A program made the position numbers and the translations under genes. The notes below the pieces were generated by a model. It saw nothing but the letters and a program-made list of their open reading frames with translations. It was not told where the DNA came from and searched no databases. 64,000 bases of DNA, from the NCBI GenBank assembly GCA_018826075.1, contig JAHKAJ010000024.1:4343-68342 (forward strand), read 5' to 3'. Shown one piece after another: positions 37,036 through 48,653 of the stretch (position 1 is its first letter; the number at the start of each line of letters is the position of its first letter). Origin of the DNA: Candidatus Omnitrophota bacterium. GTDB taxonomy: Bacteria; Omnitrophota; Gorgyraeia; Duberdicusellales; 4484-171.

Positions 37036-38172
37036 ATGAAAAGTTATTTTGCCTCAGAATCAGTAACCGAAGGCCATCCGGATAAAGTTTGCGATCAGAT
37101 ATCTGACGCTGTTCTAGATATGGTTTTAACCAACGATACCAAAGGTAGGGTAGCCTGTGAGGCCTTGGTGACCCGCGGTTTGGTGATCGTGGCTGGAGAA
37201 ATAACCACTGATTGTTATGTGGGAGTGCCGAAGCTGGTCAGAAAACTGCTTAAAGATATCGGCTATGATGACCCGGCAGTAGGGTTTGATTATGAAAGCT
37301 GCGGGGTGATGACGGCAATCCAAGAGCAGTCAGCGGATATCGCCTTAGGTGTCGATACTGGCGGCGCCGGAGATCAGGGGCTGATGTTTGGTTTTGCCAA
37401 TAATGAAACTCCGGAGTTGATGCCGATGCCGATCATGCTTTCGCATAAACTGGTGCGCCGGCTTTCGGCAGTGCGTAAAGACGGGACTCTAAGCTATCTA
37501 CGTCCCGACGGTAAATCTCAAGTTTCGGTTGAATACGAAAACGGGATTCCCAAACGGGTAGATGCGATTGTTATCGGCGCTCACCACACTAAGGACGTAA
37601 AGACCGAAGACTTAAGGGCCGATGTCCGAAAATTAGTTATTGACCAGGTAGTTCCTAAACAGCTTTTGGATAGCAATTCTAAGATTTTTATAAATGGTAC
37701 CGGCCGGTTTGAGATCGGCGGCCCGGTTTCGGATACCGGAGTTACCGGAAGAAAAATAATCGTCGATACTTATGGCGGGTATGCCCGTCACGGCGGCGGG
37801 GCTTTTTCGGGAAAAGACCCGACCAAAGTCGACCGTTCAGCTTCTTATGTTTCTCGCTATGTAGCTAAAAACATCGTTAAGGCCGGGATCGCTACTGCTT
37901 GTGAAGTCCAGCTTTCCTATTGTATCGGTGTTGCTGAACCAGTGTCAGTAAATGTAAATACTTTCGGCACTGCCCAGGTCGATGAAGTTAAGATCGCTAA
38001 AGCGGTGAGAGAAGTATTTAAACTGACTCCAGCCGGAATCATCCAGGATTTAAAATTGCTGCAGCCGATTTATACAAAGGCGGCTGCTTACGGGCATTTC
38101 GGGCGTGAAGATGAGGGCTTTACCTGGGAAAACACCGATAAGGTCGATCAACTCAAGAGGGCTTTAAGATGA
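37036..38172 (+). CDS. metK: S-adenosylmethionine synthetase
   Basis: [33 protein letters not shown]. Confidence 0.98.
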   Translation: MKSYFASESVTEGHPDKVCDQISDAVLDMVLTNDTKGRVACEALVTRGLVIVAGEITTDCYVGVPKLVRKLLKDIGYDDPAVGFDYESCGVMTAIQEQSADIALGVDTGGAGDQGLMFGFANNETPELMPMPIMLSHKLVRRLSAVRKDGTLSYLRPDGKSQVSVEYENGIPKRVDAIVIGAHHTKDVKTEDLRADVRKLVIDQVVPKQLLDSNSKIFINGTGRFEIGGPVSDTGVTGRKIIVDTYGGYARHGGGAFSGKDPTKVDRSASYVSRYVAKNIVKAGIATACEVQLSYCIGVAEPVSVNVNTFGTAQVDEVKIAKAVREVFKLTPAGIIQDLKLLQPIYTKAAAYGHFGREDEGFTWENTDKVDQLKRALR

Positions 38173-39434
38173 ATTACGATATTAAGGATAAAAATTTAGC
38201 TAAAATCGGAAAACAGAGGATTGAATGGGCAGTTCAGAGGATGCCGGTCCTAGAACAGATCCGGCAGCGTTTTTCCAGAGAGCAACCGTTAAAAGGCTTA
38301 ACCGTTGCTGCGTGTTTGCATATTACCACTGAAACTGCCGGTTTAGCGATTACCTTGAAAGCTGCCGGCGCCCGGGCTCTGTTTTGCGCATCCAATCCTT
38401 TATCAACCCAGGATGACACAGCAGCGTCATTAGTATTGGATTACGGAATAGAAGTCTTTGCGATTAATGCTGAAAATACAAAAGTCTATTATCAGCACAT
38501 TGATTCAGTTTTGGCAGTCAAACCCCAGATTACCTTAGATGACGGAGCAGATTTAGTTTCAACGATCCACAAGCGGGCAGCCGGTTCTGGTAAAGATTTT
38601 CACCTTCCTTGGGCTAGTACCGAAGAGACTACTACCGGCGTTATCCGCCTTAAAGCTTTGGAGAAAGAAGGCCGTCTGCTTTACCCGGTAATCGCGGTTA
38701 ATGATGCTTATACTAAACATCTGTTCGATAACCGTTATGGAACCGGCCAGTCAACTCTGGACGGGATCATTCGTTCGACCAACAAGTTGATTGCCGGGAC
38801 AACCGTGGTTATCTGCGGTTACGGCTGGTGTGGACGGGGAGCCTCTCAGAGAGCCAGGGGTATGGGTGCTAAGGTGGTTATTTGCGAAGTCGATCACTTA
38901 AAAGCCTTAGAAGCGGTTATGGACGGATTTTCAGTGATGCCGATGAAAGAAGCGGCAAAACTTGGCGATATCTTTATCACCGTTACCGGAGATATCAATG
39001 TTATCACTACCGAACATTTCCGGTTGATGAAAGATCAAGCCATAATTTCAAATTCCGGCCATTTTGATGTGGAAATCGATATTAAAAGCCTGGAAAAGAT
39101 CGCAGTTAAAAAACGCGAGGTTAAGCCCCTGGTGCGGGAATATACCCTTAAAGATAAAAAGCGGATTTATCTTTTAGGCGAAGGCCGTTTGGTAAATCTT
39201 GCCTGCGCTGAAGGCCATCCGGCCGAGGTAATGGATTTAAGTTTCGCTAACCAGGCTTTGAGTTGTGAATATATTGCCAAAAATAAGGATAAACTAAAGA
39301 AAAAAGTTTACAAGGTCCCTGATGTGATAGATCTAAAGGTCGCCGAACTAAAATTAAAATCACTGGGGATTAAAATCGATAAGCTTACGCTTGAGCAGAA
39401 AGCCTATTTGAGCGCCTGGCAGGAAGGGACTTAA
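38169..39434 (+). CDS. ahcY: Adenosylhomocysteinase
   Basis: [50 protein letters not shown]. Confidence 0.97.
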   Translation: MNYDIKDKNLAKIGKQRIEWAVQRMPVLEQIRQRFSREQPLKGLTVAACLHITTETAGLAITLKAAGARALFCASNPLSTQDDTAASLVLDYGIEVFAINAENTKVYYQHIDSVLAVKPQITLDDGADLVSTIHKRAAGSGKDFHLPWASTEETTTGVIRLKALEKEGRLLYPVIAVNDAYTKHLFDNRYGTGQSTLDGIIRSTNKLIAGTTVVICGYGWCGRGASQRARGMGAKVVICEVDHLKALEAVMDGFSVMPMKEAAKLGDIFITVTGDINVITTEHFRLMKDQAIISNSGHFDVEIDIKSLEKIAVKKREVKPLVREYTLKDKKRIYLLGEGRLVNLACAEGHPAEVMDLSFANQALSCEYIAKNKDKLKKKVYKVPDVIDLKVAELKLKSLGIKIDKLTLEQKAYLSAWQEGT

Positions 39435-39440
39435 AAAAAG

Positions 39441-40394
39441 ATGAAAAAGATTGCCGTTATAACTCGTGATTGTGCCGGAGTAAATGCTGCACTTCGGTCA
39501 GTGGTCCGTAGCGCCTCAGCCAAGGGTGTTGAAGTTTTAGGGGTTATGCGCGGCTATGACGGTTTGATTGACGCTGACCTGATGTCTTTGGATCGCCGGG
39601 CAGTTTCCGGGATAATAAATCGCGGAGGGACGATTTTAAAAACTTCCCGTTCTTTAAGGTTTAAATCGGCTAATTGGCAAAAGCAGGCAGTGATGACCAT
39701 CAGGGATCAGAGGATAGACGGTTTGATTGTAATCGGCGGCAATGGTTCTTTGACCGGCGCCCATATTTTAGCCAGCCGTTATTCAATACCGGTAGTCGGT
39801 ATTCCGGCAACCATTGACAATGATGTGAACGGGGTGACGATGACTATCGGGGCTGATACAGCGATCAATGTAGCCTTGGATGCTTTGGATAAAATACGCG
39901 ATACCGCAACTTCCCTGGAGCGTATTTTTGTGGTTGAGGTTATGGGCCGCAATTGCGGCTATATTGCTTTACGGGTAGCTTTGGCAGCCGGCTGTGAGGA
40001 TGTGATAATCCCCGAACGTAAATTTAACCTCAAGAAAATTTCTGAAAATATCGTAGAAGGCAACATTCGCGGCAAGCGCAGCTGGATTACAATTGTTGCT
40101 GAAGGAAAGGCTAAGGCTTCGAAAGTTGCTTCGGAGATCACCAGGCTAACCGGTTTGGAAACCAGGATCGTGGTATTAGGGCACGTTCAGCGCGGCGGCT
40201 CGCCTACTGCTTTTGACCGGATTTTGGCGGCTCGTTACGGACATTTTGCGGTTTCAGTCTTATTAAAAGGTAAAACCGACTGCTGCGTGGCTTTAAGAAA
40301 TGACCAATTGACCACGGTTAGCTTAGCCAAAGCTATCCAGAAAAAAGACATTGAAGCTAGTGAGTATTATAGACTTATTCAAATACTTACCTAA
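39441..40394 (+). CDS. pfkA: ATP-dependent 6-phosphofructokinase (atypical N-terminal motif)
   Basis: GGTIL, IGGNGS, PATIDND, EVMGR.CG, LGHVQRGG; N-terminal TRDCAG in place of TSGGDAPG. Confidence 0.9.
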   Translation: MKKIAVITRDCAGVNAALRSVVRSASAKGVEVLGVMRGYDGLIDADLMSLDRRAVSGIINRGGTILKTSRSLRFKSANWQKQAVMTIRDQRIDGLIVIGGNGSLTGAHILASRYSIPVVGIPATIDNDVNGVTMTIGADTAINVALDALDKIRDTATSLERIFVVEVMGRNCGYIALRVALAAGCEDVIIPERKFNLKKISENIVEGNIRGKRSWITIVAEGKAKASKVASEITRLTGLETRIVVLGHVQRGGSPTAFDRILAARYGHFAVSVLLKGKTDCCVALRNDQLTTVSLAKAIQKKDIEASEYYRLIQILT

Positions 40395-40403
40395 GGAGGG
40401 GAA

Positions 40404-41807
40404 ATGATTTATACAAAAGAGGTAGAATTGCTCAATAACAAAGGTTTGAAAACCGTAGATGGACGAGTTAAAGTTATTGATGAGAAAGAATTTCGTGCTC
40501 ATATTATCGATAATCTTTTAGACACTATTGTGTTGGGCGTTGATCCGCATTTACGAAGATTGTCTTACTGGGTAGCTTACAGTGCCGGAGTCCAACTGGG
40601 AGTCGTTCCGGCTTCGATTCAGGAACTTTATACAGCTATGGGGCAGGGTAAAGTAAAAGGATTTACGGTTCCGGCGATGAATATCCGTACGCTTACTTTT
40701 GACCTGGCCAGGGCGGTTTTTCGGTCAGCTAAAAAAATCAATGCCGGAGCATTTATTTTTGAGATCGCCAAGAGCGAAATCGGCTATACTGACCAGCGTC
40801 CTTTGGAATATAGCTCGGTGATCACTTTGGCAGCGCTTAAAGAAGGCTATCACGGCCCGATTTTTATCCAGGGTGACCATTTTCAACTTAAGGCGGCAAA
40901 CTATCTAAAAGACCGTGAAAAAGAAATTTCTCAGTTAGAGGTTTTGCTCAAAGAGGCGATCTCGGCACATTTTTACAATATCGATATTGATTCTTCGACT
41001 TTAGTTGATTTATCTAAAGATAACCTTAACGAACAGCAAAGAAACAATTACGAAGTCTGTGTTGAGATCAGCCGGTATATACGCAAACTCCAGCCGGCTG
41101 GAATCAATATTTCTATCGGTGGCGAGATCGGCGAGGTGGGCGGTAAGAATTCAACCCCTGAGGAATTAGATGCTTTTATGCAAGGGTATCTAAATTCTCT
41201 GGGTTCACAAGCTGGTATTTCTAAAATCAGTATCCAGACCGGTACCAGCCATGGCGGGGTGGTCCTGCCTGACGGTTCAATCGCAAAGGTCAGTATTGAT
41301 TTTGATACTTTGGCCAAGCTTTCGGAAATTGCCAGGAAAAAATACGGTTTAGCCGGCGCTGTCCAGCATGGAGCTTCAACTTTGCCTAACGAAGCCTTTC
41401 ACCGTTTTTCAGAAGTCGGCTGTGCTGAAATTCACCTGGCCACCCAATTTCAAAATATGGTTTATGATTATTTGCCGTTGCCGCTTAAAGAAGAGATCTA
41501 TGCTTGGCTGCATACTAATTGTGCCGGTGAAAAAAAGCCTGATTGGACCGATGACCAGTTTATTTATAAAACTCGTAAAACTGCCCTTGGGCCGTTTAAA
41601 AAGAAGATCCACTCGCTTTCCCGGGAGCTAAAAGATAAGATATCTTTGGTTTTAGAAGAGGAATTTTCTTTTCTTTTTGAGCAGCTGAAAATAAAAGATA
41701 CTAAAAATTATGTTGACCAGTATATTACTTTGCTTAAAACCGAGAAAGAAAAAAATTATTTTTTGGGCGAAGAAAAAGATTTAGGCGAATTAGAAGGAGC
41801 GGATTGA
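40404..41807 (+). CDS. Class II fructose-bisphosphate aldolase family protein with N-terminal extension
   Basis: [34 protein letters not shown]; follows pfkA. Confidence 0.85.
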   Translation: MIYTKEVELLNNKGLKTVDGRVKVIDEKEFRAHIIDNLLDTIVLGVDPHLRRLSYWVAYSAGVQLGVVPASIQELYTAMGQGKVKGFTVPAMNIRTLTFDLARAVFRSAKKINAGAFIFEIAKSEIGYTDQRPLEYSSVITLAALKEGYHGPIFIQGDHFQLKAANYLKDREKEISQLEVLLKEAISAHFYNIDIDSSTLVDLSKDNLNEQQRNNYEVCVEISRYIRKLQPAGINISIGGEIGEVGGKNSTPEELDAFMQGYLNSLGSQAGISKISIQTGTSHGGVVLPDGSIAKVSIDFDTLAKLSEIARKKYGLAGAVQHGASTLPNEAFHRFSEVGCAEIHLATQFQNMVYDYLPLPLKEEIYAWLHTNCAGEKKPDWTDDQFIYKTRKTALGPFKKKIHSLSRELKDKISLVLEEEFSFLFEQLKIKDTKNYVDQYITLLKTEKEKNYFLGEEKDLGELEGAD

Positions 41808-41821
41808 AATAATTTGTCACC

Positions 41822-41850
41822 GTAGGGGCGACCCGGCGGGTCGCCCCTAC
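41822..41850. repeat. GTAG-type REP-like palindrome, copy 3 (reverse orientation of copy 1)
   Basis: GTAGGGGCGACCC-GGC-GGGTCGCCCCTAC preceded by TCACC, the reverse complement of the GGTGA tail of copy 1. Confidence 0.9.
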
Positions 41851-41868
41851 AATAAATCGGAGGTTTTA

Positions 41869-43539
41869 ATGCGTTCGGACAAAATCAAAAAAGGAATTGA
41901 ACGGATGCCTAACCGGGCATTACTTTATGGTACCGGAGCCCATCCCGATCATTTAAGACGCCCGTTTATCGGTATTGCTTCAAGCTTCAGCGATCTTATT
42001 CCCGGGCATATTAACATGCGCACTCTTGAGCGCTATATTGAGCGGGGAGTTGAAAATGCTGATGGCGCGCCGTTTATCTTCGGTGTTCCCGGGATCTGCG
42101 ACGGAATCGCCATGGGCCACAGCGGGATGAAACAATCACTGCCTTCCCGGGAGCTAATCGCTGACATCATCGAAAGCATGGTTTCTGCTTATTCTTTAGA
42201 TGGATTGATCCTGCTGACCAATTGCGACAAGATTACTCCTGGTATGATCATGGGGGCTTTGCGGGTGAATGTACCGGCGATTGTGGTTACTGCCGGGCCG
42301 ATGCTGGCCGGTCATCTGGGTAAAAAACGACTATCTTTGGTGCGGGATACTTTTGAAGCGGTTGGTCGTTTCCAGGCTGGAGAAATAACTGAAAGTGAGC
42401 AGAAAAATTTGGAAATCGAGGCTTGTCCGTCTTGCGGTTCCTGCCAAGGGCTTTATACTGCAAACACCATGGCTTGTCTAACCGAGGCTATGGGTTTTTC
42501 TTTGCCCTATTGCGCAACTTCACCGGCAGTATTAAATAAAAAAATGCGGATTGCCTATGAAAGCGGGCAAAAAATAGTCGCTTTAGTCAAACAAGGGTTA
42601 AAGCCGCGTGATATTATCAATAAGGATTCGTTGGCGAATGCTATCCGGGTGGATATGGCTTTAGGCGGTTCGACTAACACGGTTTTACACCTGATGGCTA
42701 TTGCTAAGGAAGCTGGAATAAAGCTGGATTTGAAGGAGTTTGACCGGATAAGCCTGGAAACTCCTCATATTTCTAATTTGCGGCCCGGTGGAGAATATTT
42801 TATGGAGGATTTAGACCAGGCTGGGGGGATTCCGGCAGTTTTACATCGCCTGATCAATAAATTAAAACCTAGCCCTACGGTTTGCGGTAAATCAATAAAA
42901 GAAATCGCCAAAAGTGCTTTGGTCAGCGACCAAGACATTATCCGGCCGTTGAACAACCCTTACCATAAGCAGGGAGGGATCGCTATTCTTTTTGGCAATC
43001 TTGCGCCGGAAGGAGCGGTGGTCAAACAGTCTGCGGTTGATCCGCAAATGTTAAGTTTTTGCGGCAAAGCGAATGTTTTTGACTCTGAAGAAGATGCTAT
43101 GACTGCGATTCTCGGTAAGAAAGTTAAAAAGGGGGAAGTAGTGGTTATCCGTTATGAAGGGCCGGCCGGCGGACCAGGTATGCGGGAGATGTTGGCGCCT
43201 ACTTCAGCAATAGTCGGTTTGAACCTTCATAAACAGGTAGCTTTGATCACTGATGGCCGTTTTTCCGGCGGAACCCGCGGGCCTTGTATCGGCCATATTT
43301 CTCCCGAGGCCGCTTCGGGAGGGTTATTAGCTTATTTAAAGAATGGCGATGCCATTACTATTGATATACCTAAGCGAAAAATTGAAGTAAAACTTAGCCA
43401 AGCTGAAATCAAAAACCGTAAAAAAGCAATAAAAATAAGGCCGGCTAAGGCGATTAGCGGATATCTAAGCCGTTATTCAAAATCGGTGAGTTCGGCTTCA
43501 ACCGGGGCGGTTTTGGGAAAGCTATTGACAGAGAAGTGA
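41869..43539 (+). CDS. ilvD: Dihydroxy-acid dehydratase
   Basis: [44 protein letters not shown]. Confidence 0.97.
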   Translation: MRSDKIKKGIERMPNRALLYGTGAHPDHLRRPFIGIASSFSDLIPGHINMRTLERYIERGVENADGAPFIFGVPGICDGIAMGHSGMKQSLPSRELIADIIESMVSAYSLDGLILLTNCDKITPGMIMGALRVNVPAIVVTAGPMLAGHLGKKRLSLVRDTFEAVGRFQAGEITESEQKNLEIEACPSCGSCQGLYTANTMACLTEAMGFSLPYCATSPAVLNKKMRIAYESGQKIVALVKQGLKPRDIINKDSLANAIRVDMALGGSTNTVLHLMAIAKEAGIKLDLKEFDRISLETPHISNLRPGGEYFMEDLDQAGGIPAVLHRLINKLKPSPTVCGKSIKEIAKSALVSDQDIIRPLNNPYHKQGGIAILFGNLAPEGAVVKQSAVDPQMLSFCGKANVFDSEEDAMTAILGKKVKKGEVVVIRYEGPAGGPGMREMLAPTSAIVGLNLHKQVALITDGRFSGGTRGPCIGHISPEAASGGLLAYLKNGDAITIDIPKRKIEVKLSQAEIKNRKKAIKIRPAKAISGYLSRYSKSVSSASTGAVLGKLLTEK

Positions 43540-43553
43540 CTCTTTGTTATGAT
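43525..43553 (+). promoter_or_regulatory. Sigma70 promoter of the mre operon
   Basis: TTGACA-17-TATGAT with TG extended -10, overlapping the ilvD stop; ATG only 10 nt downstream. Confidence 0.75.
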
Positions 43554-43563
43554 TTAGTCTAAT

Positions 43564-44634
43564 ATGAATAAAGCGGTAAAAATTATTAAACGGGTTATTA
43601 AGAATATTGCCAACCTTCTTGGCACTTTTTCCAGCGATATTGGAATAGATTTGGGGACAGCCACCACGTTGGTCTATTTACGCGGTGAGGGTATAGTCCT
43701 TTGTGAACCGTCAGTAGTTGCAATCTATAAAGATACTGGTGTTCCCTTGGCAGTTGGCGAAGAGGCTAAGCGCATGCTTGGTAAAACACCGGGAAGTATT
43801 GTGGCTATTCGCCCGATGAAGAATGGGGTAATCGCTGATTTTGGCGTTACCGAAGAAATGCTGCGTTATTTTATTAAGAAGGCTTATCCGCGAAGACTTC
43901 TTATCGGTCCGCGCATCGTGATTGCGGTTCCTTCAGGGATAACTGAGGTAGAACGCCGGGCAGTAAAGGATTCTGCGCACCGGGCCGGAGCCCGGGAAGT
44001 AATACCAGTTGAAGAGCCGGTAGCCGCAGCCATTGGCGTGGGATTACCGATTGCTGAACCCCAAGGGAATATGATTATCGACGTTGGCGGCGGAACCACT
44101 GAAATTGCCGTTCTATCTTTGGGCGGCATAGTTTCTGCCCGTTCAATCCGCATTGGCGGCGATGAGATGGATACGGCGATAACTGAACATTTGAAGAAAA
44201 ATTATAACCTGCTGATTGGTGAAAGAACTGCTGAAGAAATAAAAATCAAAGTGGGCTCGGCTTGGCCTATGGCTGAGGAGCTAACCATCGAAGTAAGAGG
44301 CCGTGATCTTATTACCGGATTACCTAAATTTATAAAGGCTCATTCTGAGGAAATCCGGACAGCTTTAGAAGCTCCTTTGCGGGAGATCGTGGAAGCCACT
44401 AAAGTTACTCTTGAACGTACCCCGCCGGAACTAGCCGCTGACCTTATTGAACGCGGAATAGTCCTTTGCGGAGGTGGGGCATTATTACGGGGTTTGGATA
44501 AATTAATCTCCGAGGAGACCGGCTTGGCCTGTTTTGTAGCTGACGACCCTTTGACTGCCGTAGCCTTGGGCACCGGAAAAATTTTAGAAGAGCCAAAATT
44601 CCTAAAAAAGCTTTCCCTTGTATCTTCCTTCTAG
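43564..44634 (+). CDS. mreB: Rod shape-determining protein MreB
   Basis: [35 protein letters not shown]. Confidence 0.98.
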   Translation: MNKAVKIIKRVIKNIANLLGTFSSDIGIDLGTATTLVYLRGEGIVLCEPSVVAIYKDTGVPLAVGEEAKRMLGKTPGSIVAIRPMKNGVIADFGVTEEMLRYFIKKAYPRRLLIGPRIVIAVPSGITEVERRAVKDSAHRAGAREVIPVEEPVAAAIGVGLPIAEPQGNMIIDVGGGTTEIAVLSLGGIVSARSIRIGGDEMDTAITEHLKKNYNLLIGERTAEEIKIKVGSAWPMAEELTIEVRGRDLITGLPKFIKAHSEEIRTALEAPLREIVEATKVTLERTPPELAADLIERGIVLCGGGALLRGLDKLISEETGLACFVADDPLTAVALGTGKILEEPKFLKKLSLVSSF

Positions 44635-45343
44635 ATCGAAAGTAAAAATCTCCTTATTAATCCTTGCCGGTATTTTTCTGCTTTTTCTGTCTTTTAAAAG
44701 TTTCGTTAGCTACCTCCTGTTTTTTACTGCTGAGCGGCTTTTTTCGCCGCAGACCAACAGTCAGAAAACAATAAGTACCCTTGAACAAGAAATGGTTGCC
44801 CGGGATCTTAAACTGGCCGAATATAAAACTTTACTTGAGGAAAATGACCGGTTACGCAAAGCCCTTGATTTTAAAACCAAAACCAGCTACCAACTTACCG
44901 GGGCCGAAGTTTTAGTTTTTTCGCCTTCAGCCTGGCAGCGTTTGGTAGTTATTTCGGCCGGCCGGGACCAGGGAATAGAAAAAGGTTTTTTCGCTATCGA
45001 CGCAGAGGGAAATTTGGCCGGAAAAATAGTCGAGGTTGATAAAAATTTTTCTCGCTTGATGCTGGTTTCTGACCCGGATTTTTCAGCACCGGTATTTATC
45101 GGTAAAAATAATCTCGGGCTTTTTAAAGGTGGTTTGGCCGGTGCTCAAGTTCTCTATATCGAAGATGCTGAATCAATAACGGTCGGCGATCCGGTCAGCC
45201 TTAAGGTCAGCCAGCTGCCAATACCTTTAGAGATCGGGAAAGTAAAACGTTTGACTAAGGATTCAAACAGTTTATTTTGGGATTTAGAAGTAGAGCTGAT
45301 CCAGAAAAAAGGATTTTTCAGCAAAGTCTATATAATCAAATGA
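44618..45343 (+). CDS. mreC: Rod shape-determining protein MreC
   Basis: [22 protein letters not shown]; synteny. Confidence 0.88.
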   Translation: MYLPSRSKVKISLLILAGIFLLFLSFKSFVSYLLFFTAERLFSPQTNSQKTISTLEQEMVARDLKLAEYKTLLEENDRLRKALDFKTKTSYQLTGAEVLVFSPSAWQRLVVISAGRDQGIEKGFFAIDAEGNLAGKIVEVDKNFSRLMLVSDPDFSAPVFIGKNNLGLFKGGLAGAQVLYIEDAESITVGDPVSLKVSQLPIPLEIGKVKRLTKDSNSLFWDLEVELIQKKGFFSKVYIIK

Positions 45344-45813
45344 TAAAGTCGGTTTTTAAAGTTTTCCTGATTATTTTTGGATTGTTTATCTTGGATTCAG
45401 TAAAGCCTTTTGGTTACTCTTTGTCGGTAGAGTTTGTTTTTTTAGGTTTTGTCATCGTAGCTTTAACCCAACCCTTGCCGATAGCTTTTTTCGGTGCTTT
45501 GTTTGCGGCTTATTTTCGGGATTTTTTTATTTCCAGTGGTTTTTCGCTCTCCTGGCTGGAATTTCCGCTTCTCTGTGTAGCTATTCGTTATATACGTTTA
45601 CACCGGATTTTTTTGGACCGTCAAAGATATTTTTTTATCGCCCGGGGGGTTTTAGCTGGGTTTTGTCTTCTGGTTCACAGCCTGGTAAATTCATTAACCA
45701 GCGGTTTGACCGGCCCGATTTTTTTACTGCAATTTTTTATTCAATCTCTGTGCCTTTATTACCTTATGGATTACCTTTTACAGCTAAAGGCCGGTCCCGA
45801 CCATAGCTTTTAA
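45340..45813 (+). CDS. mreD: Rod shape-determining protein MreD (divergent)
   Basis: Multi-TM protein between mreC and mrdA; ATGA overlap start at 45340. Confidence 0.7.
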   Translation: MIKSVFKVFLIIFGLFILDSVKPFGYSLSVEFVFLGFVIVALTQPLPIAFFGALFAAYFRDFFISSGFSLSWLEFPLLCVAIRYIRLHRIFLDRQRYFFIARGVLAGFCLLVHSLVNSLTSGLTGPIFLLQFFIQSLCLYYLMDYLLQLKAGPDHSF

Positions 45814-45825
45814 ATTAATTTTTCT

Positions 45826-47553
45826 ATGTTTAGGAACTTTTTTCGGATCGTCAGCGGAAGTTTTTCCCCGGAATTACTAAAAAGAGTCTATCTCGGCGGT
45901 TTTCTTGTTCTAGCCGGGGTGCTTTTTTGGTATCAAATCATCCGCGGTGATTATTATTTCCAGCGGGCCAAGAATAATTATCTTAAAGTCATTCCTTTGG
46001 CATCAATGCGCGGGGCGATTTTTGATCGTAACGGCCAGGCCATTGCTTATGACCGGCCGGTATTCAGTATCGGGGTTATTCCCTATCAAATCGAGAGTTC
46101 CCGGGAAGGATTGTTTGCGGCTTTGAGTGAGTTCTCGGGTTCTAGCCTTAAAACTTTAGATAAAAGTTACCGCAAAAACTTTCAAAGTTATTTTAGCCCG
46201 GTGGATATAATCACTGATGTCGATAAGGCTAAAGCCTTGGCGATTAAAGAAAAATTTTCCGATTCAGTAGTAGTCATTACCCGTCCTCAGCGTTATTATC
46301 CTAATTCTTATCAACTGGCTCATGTTTTGGGTTATGTTAAGGAAGCTAAAGCTTTTTATCAAGAGCTTAAAAATTACGGCTACAGCCCCTTGGAACGGGT
46401 CGGCATTAACGGCGTTGAACAGGTTTACGATGCTTACTTGCGCGGTGCCGAAGGCGGAAAGCTCATCGAGGTCGACTCCCGGGGGAGGATTATGGGATTT
46501 TTAGGCGAACAACTTCCTCAAAAAGGCAAGGATATTACTCTTACTGTTGACAGCCGAATACAGCTTGCTGCTGACAGCGCTCTTGGCCAGCAAAAAGGTG
46601 CTCTTATCTTGATGGATTCGCAAGACGGAGGAATCCTGGCGCTGTGTTCAAAGCCGTATTTTAACCCTAATGATTTTATTAGCGGAAAAAATATTCAGGC
46701 AGTTTTTAATGATCCGGGTAGCCCTTTATTAAACCGGGCTTACCAGGCCACTTTTCCGATCGGTTCGACTTTTAAACCGATTATGGCCACTGCTGCCCTT
46801 GAAGAGGGAAAAATAACTCCGGCTTCAAGTTTTAACTGCAGTGGAGAATTTCATCTGGGTAGAGCCGCGTTCCGCTGTTGGACTATTCACGGTATCCAGA
46901 ATCTTTATGAAGCCTTGGCTCATTCCTGCAACGTTTATTTTTATAATTTAGGCATGATTTTAGGCCCGGAACCGATCACTGACTGGGCTGGGAAATTCGG
47001 GCTAAATTCACTTACCGGTATAGATCTACCTTCAGAAAAGTCAGGGTTTGTTCCCAGCCGGCAGTGGAAACAAAAGGAGATCAAGTCTGTCTGGTATCCC
47101 GGTGATACGGTTAATTTTTCAATCGGCCAGGGTTATTTACTGGCTAGTCCCCTGGCGATAATGCGAGCGATGAATGTTTTTGCTAACGGTGGGTATTTAG
47201 TTCGTCCCCATCTAATTAAGGAGATTGATTCAATTGATTCCGGGATAAGTACCAGGGCTTATTTGGGGATTTCGGAAAAAAATCTTCAGGCCGTGCGTCA
47301 AGGTTTACGTGAAGCGGTCTTGCGCGATGACGGTTCAGCTCATATTTTACAGCGGTTAAACCTCAAATTCAGCGGTAAAACCGGAACTGCCCAGAATTCG
47401 GGTAAGGCCCATGGTTGGTTTACCGGGTTTTTTACCTATCAGGATAAAACTTATACTATTTGCGTTTTTATCGAACACGGCGGCGCAAGCTACGAGGCAG
47501 TGAAGATCGCCTACTATTTTTTAAAGTCGGTAATTGAAAATAATCTTTTATGA
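45826..47553 (+). CDS. mrdA: Penicillin-binding protein 2
   Basis: RG.IFDRNG; SxxK (GSTFK), SCN and KTGTAQ motifs. Confidence 0.95.
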   Translation: MFRNFFRIVSGSFSPELLKRVYLGGFLVLAGVLFWYQIIRGDYYFQRAKNNYLKVIPLASMRGAIFDRNGQAIAYDRPVFSIGVIPYQIESSREGLFAALSEFSGSSLKTLDKSYRKNFQSYFSPVDIITDVDKAKALAIKEKFSDSVVVITRPQRYYPNSYQLAHVLGYVKEAKAFYQELKNYGYSPLERVGINGVEQVYDAYLRGAEGGKLIEVDSRGRIMGFLGEQLPQKGKDITLTVDSRIQLAADSALGQQKGALILMDSQDGGILALCSKPYFNPNDFISGKNIQAVFNDPGSPLLNRAYQATFPIGSTFKPIMATAALEEGKITPASSFNCSGEFHLGRAAFRCWTIHGIQNLYEALAHSCNVYFYNLGMILGPEPITDWAGKFGLNSLTGIDLPSEKSGFVPSRQWKQKEIKSVWYPGDTVNFSIGQGYLLASPLAIMRAMNVFANGGYLVRPHLIKEIDSIDSGISTRAYLGISEKNLQAVRQGLREAVLRDDGSAHILQRLNLKFSGKTGTAQNSGKAHGWFTGFFTYQDKTYTICVFIEHGGASYEAVKIAYYFLKSVIENNLL

Positions 47554-48653
47554 ATATTTTTTCTCGAAAATTCACAAGTCTTGATTTTAAAGGCCTGAAG
47601 ACTATCTGTGTCTGCTTACTGATCCTCAATATTTTGAGTTTAGCCTCGATCTACAGCAGTTTGCATCAGGCCGGCCAGTTTGCCGAACGAGAAGTCCTTT
47701 ATAAACAGATAGTCTGGATCATTGTTTCTTGGCTGGCGTTGATAATTTTCGCTAACATCAACTACCGTATCTATTTTGACTTAGCTTATCTGATCTATGG
47801 TTTAAATCTGATTTTGTTGATCGGAGTAATGTTTTTCGGAAAAAGCGTAATGGGAGCGCAAAGATGGATTGAGATTTTCGGAATGAATTTTCAGCCGTCG
47901 GAACTTTCAAAAATTGCGGCAATAATTATTTTAGCTAGGTTTTTTTCCCTGTCTTCGCCGCGCGGCTTGGTCTATGGTTTTTTACTGCCCTTGATTTTTA
48001 TTGTCCTGAATGCCCTGGTTATTTTTATCCAACCGGATTTAGGCACGGCTTTGATAATCGTTTTTCTATTTTTTAGTTTAGGTTTTTTTTCGCGTATCCC
48101 TAAGCGGTTTTTCATCGGTTTGATCGCCCTTGGCCTTTTGGTCTCGCCGTTTTTATTAAACCATTTAAAGGATTATCAAAAGCGGCGGCTGTTAGTGTTT
48201 ATGAATCCTAACCTAGATCCCTTAGGGGCTGGTTATAGTATTATTCAGTCAAAGATTGCCGTTGGTTCGGGAAAATTAGCCGGTAAAGGTTTTCTTTCGG
48301 GAACCCAAAATCAATTTAACTTTCTTCCCGAGCGCCACACTGATTTTATTTTTACGGTTATTGGTGAAGAATGGGGATTTATCGGCTCCTTGTTTTTAAT
48401 TATTATTTATTGGTTGATCTTGAAGAAAATACTCCAGCAGGCTCAGCGAGCCCGTGATGAATTCGCCTCATTTTTTTGCCTGGGAATCAGCTTGTTTTTT
48501 TTCTTTCATCTGTTCATTAATATCGGGATGACTTTAGGGATTTTACCGGTGGTCGGGCTGCCGTTGATTTTCTTGAGCTACGGAGGAAGCAATCTATTGA
48601 TTGCTTCCATTCTTTTGGGCATATTTTTTAATATTTCCCGAACCGCCAGATAA
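47550..48653 (+). CDS. rodA: SEDS peptidoglycan glycosyltransferase RodA
   Basis: GAQRWI, QPSE, QPDLGT, LPERHTDFIF, SYGGS. Confidence 0.96.
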   Translation: MNIFSRKFTSLDFKGLKTICVCLLILNILSLASIYSSLHQAGQFAEREVLYKQIVWIIVSWLALIIFANINYRIYFDLAYLIYGLNLILLIGVMFFGKSVMGAQRWIEIFGMNFQPSELSKIAAIIILARFFSLSSPRGLVYGFLLPLIFIVLNALVIFIQPDLGTALIIVFLFFSLGFFSRIPKRFFIGLIALGLLVSPFLLNHLKDYQKRRLLVFMNPNLDPLGAGYSIIQSKIAVGSGKLAGKGFLSGTQNQFNFLPERHTDFIFTVIGEEWGFIGSLFLIIIYWLILKKILQQAQRARDEFASFFCLGISLFFFFHLFINIGMTLGILPVVGLPLIFLSYGGSNLLIASILLGIFFNISRTAR

